A stretch of 50,171 nucleotides of DNA, from the NCBI GenBank assembly GCA_035607335.1, contig DATNBB010000280.1, positions 1 to 50,171 of the forward strand, given 5' to 3'. The stretch's first letter is position 1. Each line of letters opens with the position of its first letter. Origin of the DNA: Candidatus Binatia bacterium. Lineage in GTDB: Bacteria > Acidobacteriota > Terriglobia > Acidiferrales > UBA7541. Positions 18,833 to 27,151 of this stretch are shown here, in pieces. A program made the position numbers and the translations under genes. Below the pieces are notes generated by a model. That model saw nothing but the letters and a program-made list of their open reading frames with translations. It had not been told where the DNA came from and made no database searches.

Positions 18833-21253
18833 GTGAACGATCATTTTTCGAGGAAATGCTATTTCGGTTTATTAGCCGTATGTATTGTGATGCTTCTGGC
18901 CTGCGGTGCAGTCGGTCGAGCCGACGATAAGGGGGCTTCGCTTTCTCGGCAAGAATATCTCGAAAAACTTCAGCAGATTCTGCCGCCGGATCCACCGTTT
19001 GACGCGTGGCTAAAACAAACCGGCGAGCTGCCGCCGGATTTCAACGCGCTGCCAAAGCACGATCAACTTCCCGACCCGCTCTCATTCCTCGATGGGCGCA
19101 CCGTGAAAACGGCAGCCGAATGGCCTGCTCGTCGCGCCGAAATTCTCTCGCTTTTCCAAAAATATGTTTGGGGTACATTTCCGCCCCGCCCGACAATTGG
19201 CCACGTTGAAATTCTCGACGAAGCGCATCGCCCTGGCTACACGGTTCGTAACTTGCGCCTCGAATTTGGCCCGGAGAATAAGGGCACGATGCGAGTGCGC
19301 GTCTATATTCCCGACGGCAAAGGCCCTTTCCCCGTCTTAATCAACAGCAGTCTGGAAGGATGGGCACCTTCGCTGATCCGCCGCGGTTACATTTCCGCGG
19401 GCTACGCCGGCAATGATTTCATGGATGATGCAGCGGCAATCTCCGCGCTTTACCCCAAAAATGACTTCGCGCTTTTGCCGCGCCGTGCATGGTGCGCCAG
19501 CCTCGTTGTCGACTATCTCTACTCGCTTCCGCAGACCGACACGAAGCATATTGGCATCTACGGCTATTCGCGAGATGGCAAGATGGCCGTAATTGCCGCC
19601 TCGTTCGATCCTCGGATCACAGCCGTGATCGCGGGAAGTACGGGCGTTGGCGGTGTACTGCCTTTTCGCGCTTCCAGCGAAACTGGTTTTGGCGAGGGAA
19701 TCGAGACCACCACGCGCGCTTTTCCCACTTGGTTTGCTCCGCAATTGCGGTTCTTTGTAGGGCGCGAAGATCGACTGCCCGTCGATGGCAATCTTATCGC
19801 GGCCCTGATCGCGCCGCGCTCGCTCCTGATGGAATGGGGGCACAACGACCAGGTTTCCAGCACGTGGGGGAATGAACAGACTTATTATTCTTCGCTGAAA
19901 GTCTATAAGCTCCTTGGGGCACCGAACGCTGTCGCCACCTTCCGCTTGCCGGGTTTCCACGGTGCCAATGATGAGGAAGCCGATCTAGATTGGCTCGATC
20001 AGCAGTTCGGGCGGCAGAAACCGGACTGGACGAATAATCTGATCTTGCAATGGAATTGGAATCAGTGGCGCGCGCGGTCCGGCGAAACGGTCGATCTGAC
20101 GAAATATCCCAAGCACGCCGACGATGACATTCTGAAAGCGTCGAACGGGTCAACGGTTTCCTCCGTCGAAGGCTGGCAGGAAAAGGCCGCCGCTCTCCGC
20201 AAATCGGTTCTCTCGATGCTCGGCACGGAGCCGGCGAAGCTTGCACCCGAAGATGAGGCGCCGCCATTTGCTTTTGCGGGACGCGGTCGCGGCCGAGGAC
20301 CCGCTCCCAGCGCTTACAATTACATTCCCAATCCTGCGCAAGTGACGCCCGATATTCCCGCATGGGTAATATCCTCGGGCGGCAAGAGCTTTGGATGGGA
20401 CGAACCTCAGAAGAGTGAAACCGCGTCCCGGCGCATCACGTTCGGCGGCGGCATTCGCGGGGATCTTTACTATCCAAAAGACACGCCTCCGGGCAAAAAA
20501 CTTCCAACGGCTATTTGGCTCCACGGTTTCAGCTATCCGCTCGGCTACATGTGGGTGTACCACACGAATGACATGCACCCGATTCTCGCGCTGGTACAGC
20601 AGGGTTATGCCGTGCTCGCCTACGACCAGAGCGGATTCGGCAGCCGTCTGACGGAAACGGGACCGTTTTACGACCGCTACCCGCATTGGTCGCACATGGG
20701 GCGCATGGTAGAGGACGCGCAAGCCGCAATTGACGCGCTCGAAAAAGACAGCCTCGTCGATGCGTCTCACATTTATCTTTTCGGGTACTCGATTGGCGGC
20801 ACCGTCGCGCTTTACACGGCAGCGCTCGATTCGCGTGTCGCAGGCGTAATTTGTGCCGCGGGATTTACACCGATGCGCACGGACACTGCGGCGACCGGTA
20901 CGGGCGGAATCGCACGTTGGGCCTATGTGCGAGACATTCTGCCGCGGCTTGGCTTCTTCGTCGGGCACGAATCGCAAGTACCCTACGATTTCGATGATCT
21001 CATTGCCATGATCGCGCCGCGGCCGGTTTACATCCTCAATCCATTGCTCGATCGTGACGATACTGCCTCCGATGTTGAAGCAGCCGTAAAGGAGGCTGGT
21101 AAGGTCTATTCGCTCTATGGCGCATCAAACAAACTTGAAATCAGTTCGCCGTGGGATTACAACCGTCTGACGAACGCTGAGCAAGATGCCGCGATCAAGT
21201 GGCTCACGTCTGCCGCTGGGAACGGTGGCGCGTTGGCGGCGGCCAATCAGTGA
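18833..21253 (+). CDS. Secreted two-domain esterase: CE15-like glucuronoyl esterase domain plus C-terminal alpha/beta hydrolase (dienelactone hydrolase/acetylxylan esterase-like)
   Basis: GTG 18833 lies 5 nt after GGAGG (18823-18827) and opens a signal peptide. N-terminal half is paralogous to 4952-6529 (LPDPLS..W..RRAEI, GYSRDGK). C-terminal half has a second nucleophile elbow, GYSIGG. Confidence 0.7.
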   Translation: MNDHFSRKCYFGLLAVCIVMLLACGAVGRADDKGASLSRQEYLEKLQQILPPDPPFDAWLKQTGELPPDFNALPKHDQLPDPLSFLDGRTVKTAAEWPARRAEILSLFQKYVWGTFPPRPTIGHVEILDEAHRPGYTVRNLRLEFGPENKGTMRVRVYIPDGKGPFPVLINSSLEGWAPSLIRRGYISAGYAGNDFMDDAAAISALYPKNDFALLPRRAWCASLVVDYLYSLPQTDTKHIGIYGYSRDGKMAVIAASFDPRITAVIAGSTGVGGVLPFRASSETGFGEGIETTTRAFPTWFAPQLRFFVGREDRLPVDGNLIAALIAPRSLLMEWGHNDQVSSTWGNEQTYYSSLKVYKLLGAPNAVATFRLPGFHGANDEEADLDWLDQQFGRQKPDWTNNLILQWNWNQWRARSGETVDLTKYPKHADDDILKASNGSTVSSVEGWQEKAAALRKSVLSMLGTEPAKLAPEDEAPPFAFAGRGRGRGPAPSAYNYIPNPAQVTPDIPAWVISSGGKSFGWDEPQKSETASRRITFGGGIRGDLYYPKDTPPGKKLPTAIWLHGFSYPLGYMWVYHTNDMHPILALVQQGYAVLAYDQSGFGSRLTETGPFYDRYPHWSHMGRMVEDAQAAIDALEKDSLVDASHIYLFGYSIGGTVALYTAALDSRVAGVICAAGFTPMRTDTAATGTGGIARWAYVRDILPRLGFFVGHESQVPYDFDDLIAMIAPRPVYILNPLLDRDDTASDVEAAVKEAGKVYSLYGASNKLEISSPWDYNRLTNAEQDAAIKWLTSAAGNGGALAAANQ

Positions 21254-22611
21254 TGCCCGATCAACGCCGTTCCATCAGCCGCCTCCTTTGCGGCAACGGG
21301 TTCATCGAACGGCGCGTTTCGGGCCCGCACAGTCCCAACCACAAGCAAGAGGTTGGTAAGCAGGATCACCACGACCGCAAGTGAGGGAAGAAAAGCCATA
21401 GCCGGGCCGCGCACCTCGATGACTTGGATGCCCAAAACGGCTGTGATCAAGCCGCGCGGTACAAACCAAACCATCAGCTCTCGTTCCAAGGTCGCAAAGG
21501 CGGGCCATGCGAGCTTACCCACCTGCACCACGATAGCGCGTCCCAATAAAATTGCCGCCGAGCACAACACTGCTAAGAAAATGTTGTTGCGCAGTCCCGC
21601 CCAGTCGACCAGCATTCCCAGCAGTACAAAGAAGAAACTACGCAAGAGAAACGCCAGTTCGCCATGGAACGTCAGCATCTGAGCGCTTGGCTGGTCCACT
21701 GCGCGCCTCCTCGCTTTAATCGGCGTCTCACTGAACCAGCCTGTTTTCTCGCTTTCATTGGCCCATAGCTTTCGGATTTCCGGGAAGTTGCTCAGGGTGA
21801 CTCCAAAAAAGAGGACCGAAATCAGTTCGTTACCGTGGATGAGGTGCGCACCCGAATAAACGAGTAACACTGCCGCGAACGTGAGCACATGCCAAAAGCG
21901 TTCCTCGGAGAGCACCGGCAACAAATATGACCAGAGCATCCCGGCAAGCATTCCCGCCGCGACTGCCAAAGCAAGACTTGATCCGAGATCCCAGACAATT
22001 GTCCTCGGATTCGCATTCCCACCCGCGGCGATTTGCAGCATTGTCGTGACGCCGAGTACCCCGAAGGCGTCGCTTAAGGATGCCTCCACGAGAAGCGTCA
22101 CCTTGAGTTCACGCCGTAGCCGCACCTGCTGCAAAGTTGGCAGCAAAATCGAACTGCTCACACAGCCGAGCGTGGCGCCTATCAAAAGAGCTTCCGCCCA
22201 GGAAAAATGAAACGAATAGCGGCATGCTACGGATACAAGAGCGCCTGAGAGCAAGTAGCTGAAAAATGAGAGGAAGAAGCCGGCGCCGAAGTGCCGAATC
22301 ACCTCAGTCACCTTCAGATCGAGGCCGGCCTCGAACAGAATGAGAATTAGCGCCAGCGCACCGAACCCGTGTGTCGCCCCGCGGAAAATATCCGGATTTA
22401 CCCAGTGCAGCGCCGGGCCGATCGCCACACCAGTGGCCATTAGAATCACGACATCCGGCACATGCGTAAACCTGACTAGCCGGTTCGCAGCAAACGCCAG
22501 GACGAGCAATCCACCGAGAAGCGCGAAAAATACGAAGAGATTCATCGGGCCCAATTGACGATCATCGAAGTGTTCTTCTCTCTGCGCAATGGCTTTTTCG
22601 AGGGCCAGCAA
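21247..22611 (-). CDS. Cation:proton antiporter (Na+/H+ exchanger family)
   Basis: 454 aa, about 11-12 predicted TM helices, LILFEAGL motif. Start may be the internal ATG 22545 (MNLFVFF). The 3' end overlaps the convergent esterase gene by 7 nt. Confidence 0.8.
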   Translation of the reverse strand: MLALEKAIAQREEHFDDRQLGPMNLFVFFALLGGLLVLAFAANRLVRFTHVPDVVILMATGVAIGPALHWVNPDIFRGATHGFGALALILILFEAGLDLKVTEVIRHFGAGFFLSFFSYLLSGALVSVACRYSFHFSWAEALLIGATLGCVSSSILLPTLQQVRLRRELKVTLLVEASLSDAFGVLGVTTMLQIAAGGNANPRTIVWDLGSSLALAVAAGMLAGMLWSYLLPVLSEERFWHVLTFAAVLLVYSGAHLIHGNELISVLFFGVTLSNFPEIRKLWANESEKTGWFSETPIKARRRAVDQPSAQMLTFHGELAFLLRSFFFVLLGMLVDWAGLRNNIFLAVLCSAAILLGRAIVVQVGKLAWPAFATLERELMVWFVPRGLITAVLGIQVIEVRGPAMAFLPSLAVVVILLTNLLLVVGTVRARNAPFDEPVAAKEAADGTALIGHH

Positions 22612-22733
22612 GCCAACAACAGATCAGGTTGCCCTGTGGCTAAACGCGCATGGGCAAACGCTATTCAGGAGAGCCTTCCGCATACAAGCCGCCACGAAAC
22701 GTAATACAATAAGATTGCTCATCTCGCCGCCGC

Positions 22734-22811
22734 GCGCCCGTAGCTCAGTTGGATTAGAGCGTGTGCCTCCGGAGCACAAGGTCAGGGGTTCGAGTCCCTT
22801 CGGGCGCGCCA
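22734..22811 (+). tRNA. tRNA-Arg (CCG)
   Basis: Hand-folded cloverleaf. Acceptor GCGCCCG/CGGGCGC, D arm GCTC..GAGC, anticodon arm TGTGC-CTCCGGA-GCACA, T arm AGGGG-TTCGAGT-CCCTT, encoded CCA. Confidence 0.93.
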
Positions 22812-22906
22812 TTTCCTTAGAGTCCGGCCCGAAGAGCCCCGATTTTTCTTGTAGCTGTCGAGCAATCCCTGAGTCGGCGCAAGCAACGGGACGTGTTCAT
22901 ACTCCA

Positions 22907-24235
22907 CTAGCGGCACTTGGCGGTGACGACCGTCAGGTCATCATGCTGTTTAGCGGTGCTGAAGCGGCGGACTTCGTCGACGAGCGACCGCAGTAGCGCC
23001 GGTGAGTTGAGGTCGCGATGGTGGCGGACAAAGTCGATCAACCGCTCCTCGCCAAACTGTTCATCCGCTTCGTTGAAGGATTCCGTGATTCCGTCGGTGT
23101 AAAAGACCAAAGTGTCTCCGGCAAAAAGCTGGTTCTCGCCAACGGAGCACTCCCAATTATTGAAGAGCCCGACGACAGTGCTTGTGGAGTCCAGTGTTTC
23201 CACCACGTCATTGCCGCGGAAGACCAGTCCCGGCATGTGGCCGCAATTCGCATAGCGCAAGTGGCGCGTTGTATCGTCGTATTCCATGAAGAGCAGCGTT
23301 GCAAACGCGCGAGAAGCGGTGTTCTCGCAAAAGAGCCGGTTCACAGCTTGCAATAGCCGCTGCGGCTGCTCGAGGGCAAAAGGCGTAAACGGTCGACTCG
23401 AATATGCGGAGCAGAGGTTGCGCAGATGCGCCTGCAGATTTGCCATCAGCAGCGCCGCGGCAGTTCCTTTGCCGGAGATATCGCCAATCACAAATCCGAA
23501 CCGTTCGCGCCCCAGTGCAATGAAATCGTAATAATCGCCGCCAACTGTTCGTGCCGGCAGGCACATACCCGAATATTCAAGAGTCGAAACTTGGGGTAGG
23601 ATTTGCGGGAAAAGACGTGCCTGCACCTCTCTGGCATTTTCCAGTTCGAGCGCGGCCATATGTTCCGTTTCGAGTTGTGCCAGATGTTGGCGTCGCTGCT
23701 CTTCAATCTCTTCCAGCTCGGATTCGTCTTCGATCAGCGAAAACGAGTTGCCGTCGAGATCCAGAAACATCGCGGAAATCCGTCCATTGGATTCTGCCGT
23801 GGGCGGCCGTGTGAACACGACGCCCCGCTTGCGCCATTCCTCGTACTTGCCGGCTGCGTTTTCCGTGAAGAACGCGATCTGCGTCGGCTGGCCAATCAAT
23901 GCGTATTCCGCAGAGTTAGGATCGGGCGCAATCAGCGATAGAATCGCGGTTCCATCGGGAGGACTCACCGCCAGCAATCGATGGCCCGACGGCGAAGATA
24001 CGTCGAGCGCCAATTCAAACCCGAGCTGTTGAAGATAGAAATGAAGGCTGCGCTCTTGATCGCGGACGAAAACAGCGACTGCGCCCAGACGAACGTAAAG
24101 GCCTTGCCGGTCGGGATGAAAACTGCACCGATGCGACTTGTGCTTTTGTGAATGAGCGTGGCTATGTCGCGGCGCCGGCGAACTCATGCGCGCATTATAG
24201 CGCGGTGCAGGGCGGCCGGAGACTGGCTTGCCCAT
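22907..24235 (-). CDS. PP2C/SpoIIE-family serine phosphatase with N-terminal VOC (glyoxalase/bleomycin-resistance-like) domain
   Basis: C-terminal half has GGDYYDF...GDISGKGTAAALLMANL...DGITE...DDLTVV (RsbU/SpoIIE type). Residues ~45-160 show a VOC-like beta-alpha-beta pattern (VAVFVRDQERSLHFY..LGFE ... DLDGNSFSL). Confidence 0.8.
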   Translation of the reverse strand: MGKPVSGRPAPRYNARMSSPAPRHSHAHSQKHKSHRCSFHPDRQGLYVRLGAVAVFVRDQERSLHFYLQQLGFELALDVSSPSGHRLLAVSPPDGTAILSLIAPDPNSAEYALIGQPTQIAFFTENAAGKYEEWRKRGVVFTRPPTAESNGRISAMFLDLDGNSFSLIEDESELEEIEEQRRQHLAQLETEHMAALELENAREVQARLFPQILPQVSTLEYSGMCLPARTVGGDYYDFIALGRERFGFVIGDISGKGTAAALLMANLQAHLRNLCSAYSSRPFTPFALEQPQRLLQAVNRLFCENTASRAFATLLFMEYDDTTRHLRYANCGHMPGLVFRGNDVVETLDSTSTVVGLFNNWECSVGENQLFAGDTLVFYTDGITESFNEADEQFGEERLIDFVRHHRDLNSPALLRSLVDEVRRFSTAKQHDDLTVVTAKCR

Positions 24236-24324
24236 ACAACGCCTAAGGGCCCATCAGGTTAGTCTTGCAGTTAACCCCACTCGGCAGACTTGATTGTCAG
24301 CGGTGGTTGGCATAAGTAAGTGGC

Positions 24325-25170
24325 GTGAGGCGGACTACTTTGCTGATCGCGATCGTAATACTTCTGATCGGTCTGTGTGTCGGTATTTATCGAAGGACGC
24401 GCGTGCACATGTGGCATTACGACACAGTCGCGCCGCAATTGCCGGCAGGACTGAAGGATCCGGCAATACTCGTTTTCTCGAAGACCAACGGTTACCGCCA
24501 CGCTGAAGCGATACCCGCCGCCAATGCGGCGATCGCCTCCCTCGCCGAGAAGAATGGCTGGTCCGTGTTCTTCACCGAAAACGGAGCCGTGTTCAACGCT
24601 GCCGACCTGTCGCGCTTTCGCGCCACGATTTGGAATAACACCAGTGGAGACGTGCTGAACGAGGAGCAGAAAGAGGCGTTCCGCAATTACATCGAGAATG
24701 GCGGCGGATTCGTCGGTATTCACGGCGCGGGCGGCGATTTCAGTTACGACTGGCGCTGGTATGTGGAGACACTGATCGGCGCGCAATTCATTGGCCACAC
24801 GCTGATGCCACAATTTCCCCCGGCCACCATTCACATCGAAAATCACGACGATCCGGCGACAAAGACTCTGCCAAAAGACTGGGTTCGCTCGGACGAATGG
24901 TATTCATTCAAGAAGAGCCCGCGAGCGCACGGTGCAACGGTGCTTGCCACGCTTGACGAAACCACCTACCGCCCGAGAATGGCCACCAAAAACATACGAA
25001 TGGGCGCCGATCACCCGATTATCTGGAAGCGTTGCGTCGGCAAAGGCCGCGCCTTTTATTCGGCGCTTGGGCATGCGGCAAGCGCATATCAGGAGCCGAA
25101 TTACGTAGCCGTGCTGCAAGGTGCCATCGCGTGGGCGGCGGGACTCGAAGGAAGTGGGTGTCCTCAATAG
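24325..25170 (+). CDS. ThuA-domain protein (class-I glutamine amidotransferase-like fold)
   Basis: N-terminal TM/signal segment. ILVFSKTNGYRH, GGGFVGIHGA and FYSALGH motifs characteristic of ThuA-like proteins. Confidence 0.75.
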   Translation: MRRTTLLIAIVILLIGLCVGIYRRTRVHMWHYDTVAPQLPAGLKDPAILVFSKTNGYRHAEAIPAANAAIASLAEKNGWSVFFTENGAVFNAADLSRFRATIWNNTSGDVLNEEQKEAFRNYIENGGGFVGIHGAGGDFSYDWRWYVETLIGAQFIGHTLMPQFPPATIHIENHDDPATKTLPKDWVRSDEWYSFKKSPRAHGATVLATLDETTYRPRMATKNIRMGADHPIIWKRCVGKGRAFYSALGHAASAYQEPNYVAVLQGAIAWAAGLEGSGCPQ

Positions 25171-25415
25171 CGGCTGGAGAGCTCTTTTTTTAATCGACTT
25201 TGACAGACACTAGAGCCCCCGTGGCAATAGCGAGGATTTTCGTAGAGACCGGGCTTCCCTTGCCCTCGGTAGGGGGGTCTCAGCCGGTCACCGATCAAAC
25301 GCCTCTCATTTTCGCAGGGCCTACGGCGTTTGCCCGCTTTCGACCTTCATCTTGCCAACTTGCACCGTGGGCTTCTATGGCCCAAAATGGCCGCAGCAAT
25401 TCCGGGAGTATCGAC

Positions 25416-25694
25416 ATGAAACTTGAAATTTACGGGCAATCTTACAATCTCTCCGCCGAAGAAAACGAAGAATACCTGAAGCAGCTTGCGTCTTACGTCA
25501 ACGAGAAGATGTACGCCGTCGCCGACGTGGCCCAGACAGCCGATTCCCTGAAAGTGGCCGTGCTTGCCGCGCTAAATATTGCCGACGAGCTGTTCATGGC
25601 GCGATCGCGCGAGGAACAGCTTCATGGTCCGCTGTGCGAACGCGTCGAAAAATGCGTTTCCCTTGTCGAGCGCGCCATCGAACAATCCAACTAA
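25416..25694 (+). CDS. zapA: Cell division protein ZapA
   Basis: 92-aa product MKLEIYGQSYNLSAEENEEYLKQLASYVNEKM... followed by a coiled-coil tail. ATG 25416 behind GGGAG. The 5' extended ORF from 25200 lacks coding character. Confidence 0.85.
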   Translation: MKLEIYGQSYNLSAEENEEYLKQLASYVNEKMYAVADVAQTADSLKVAVLAALNIADELFMARSREEQLHGPLCERVEKCVSLVERAIEQSN

Positions 25695-25717
25695 TCCACG
25701 TCACACGCGCTGCATTA

Positions 25718-26773
25718 TTACGCCCGTGCAGTCCGCACCGCGTCTGCCAATTCTCTGAAGAGCGCGCGCGTCTCATCCCAGCCTAAACACGCATCCGTAA
25801 TGCTCTGTCCATAGACAAGCGGCTGGCCGGGCACCATCTTTTGCGCTCCGGCGATCAGATTGCTCTCCAGCATCACGCCGAAAATGCGCCCGTCGCCTCG
25901 CGCAACCTGCGCCGCCACGTCACGGCAAACGATTGGCTGCCGCTTGTAATCTTTGCCGCTGTTCGCATGGCTGCAATCGATCATCACGCGCTGCGGCAGC
26001 GAAGCGGCCTCCAGTTGCTTGCAGACGTCCGCCACGGCTTCGGCCGTGTAATTCACTTCCTTGCGGCCACCGCGAAGAATGATGTGGCAATCCGAATTGC
26101 CTGTCGTGACGAAAATCGCGGACTGGCCGTGTTTTGTGTGGCCCAGAAACGTATGCGAATGCGCGGCGGAGAGAATCGCCTCGATCGCGATCTGCACGTT
26201 CCCGGACGTACCATTCTTGAAGCCGACGGGGCACGAAAGTCCGGAGACGAGCTGGCGATGCACCTGGCTTTCCGTGGTCCGCGCGCCGATCGCTCCCCAG
26301 CTCACCAGCCCCGCAAAATATTGCGGCGAAATCATGTCCAGAAATTCCGTGCCCGCCGGAACTCCCATCTCCGCCAGATCGAGTAGCAGGTGGCGCGCAA
26401 GACGCAGCCCGTCATTGATCTTGAACGATTGATCGAGATGAGGATCGTTCAGCAGGCCTTTCCAGCCGACTGTAGTGCGCGGTTTTTCGAAGTAGACGCG
26501 CATTACGATGCAAAGCTCGCGCGAAAATTCCTCGATCGCGCCCTTCAGCAGCGTGGCGTATTCGCGCGCGGCCTTCGGATCGTGAATCGAGCACGGCCCC
26601 ACCACGACCATCAGCCGGCGGTCTTTACCCGCGAGAATGTCTTCAATTTCAGCGCGCGCATTGAAAACGGTCGCGTTCGCGCGCTCCGTCGCGGGCAATT
26701 CCTCCTCGAGGAACACCGGCGGCAGCACGACTTTGGTCCACTTCAGACGGAGATCTTCTGTGCGATAGAACAT
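25718..26773 (-). CDS. aroG: 3-deoxy-7-phosphoheptulonate (DAHP) synthase, class I
   Basis: Co-linear with E. coli AroG from MFYRTEDLRLK.. through KPRTTVGWKGL and IDCSHANS. Start moved to ATG 26773 to match the AroG N-terminus. Confidence 0.95.
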   Translation of the reverse strand: MFYRTEDLRLKWTKVVLPPVFLEEELPATERANATVFNARAEIEDILAGKDRRLMVVVGPCSIHDPKAAREYATLLKGAIEEFSRELCIVMRVYFEKPRTTVGWKGLLNDPHLDQSFKINDGLRLARHLLLDLAEMGVPAGTEFLDMISPQYFAGLVSWGAIGARTTESQVHRQLVSGLSCPVGFKNGTSGNVQIAIEAILSAAHSHTFLGHTKHGQSAIFVTTGNSDCHIILRGGRKEVNYTAEAVADVCKQLEAASLPQRVMIDCSHANSGKDYKRQPIVCRDVAAQVARGDGRIFGVMLESNLIAGAQKMVPGQPLVYGQSITDACLGWDETRALFRELADAVRTARA

Positions 26774-27151
26774 AAGCTTTCTAGTAGACCGCAACGAGGC
26801 TCAGTTCGGCAAGTGCCTCGCCGGCTACAACGATTAGTGGGACATTGTAGATGAGCGCTCGATAATACAGCTGCCCTACACGAGTATTGCGTCAGAGACA
26901 AGCGCGGCAGCCCTTGTGATGTACCTTGCGCGGAACTAGCGCCGCCGTCCGCGCAAAACATACGCCGTCAGCCTTTCGGGGCGTGGAGCGACCCGAAGGA
27001 CCTCTCTTTCCTTTTTTGAGTGCTTCTCAACAAAGAAGGTCGTACGTTTTTCTACACACGCGCCAGCGTCGTAAGGCGCGTCACATGTTTAGCAGATGGT
27101 TAACCACTCTTGCCCTTCGATCGTTTGCGGCAGGTCTCATCGCACCAGATT

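Noticed and set aside
19337-20977. Two long minus-strand ORFs (19337-19960 and 20150-20977) inside the 850-aa esterase gene
   Set aside because: They are antisense shadow ORFs with Arg/Gly/Ala-rich translations. The plus-strand frame has clear esterase motifs.
22612-22906. tRNA-Arg as an integration hotspot or edge of a genomic island
   Set aside because: There is no integrase, no direct repeat of the tRNA 3' end nearby, and the flanking genes look native (an antiporter and a PP2C phosphatase).
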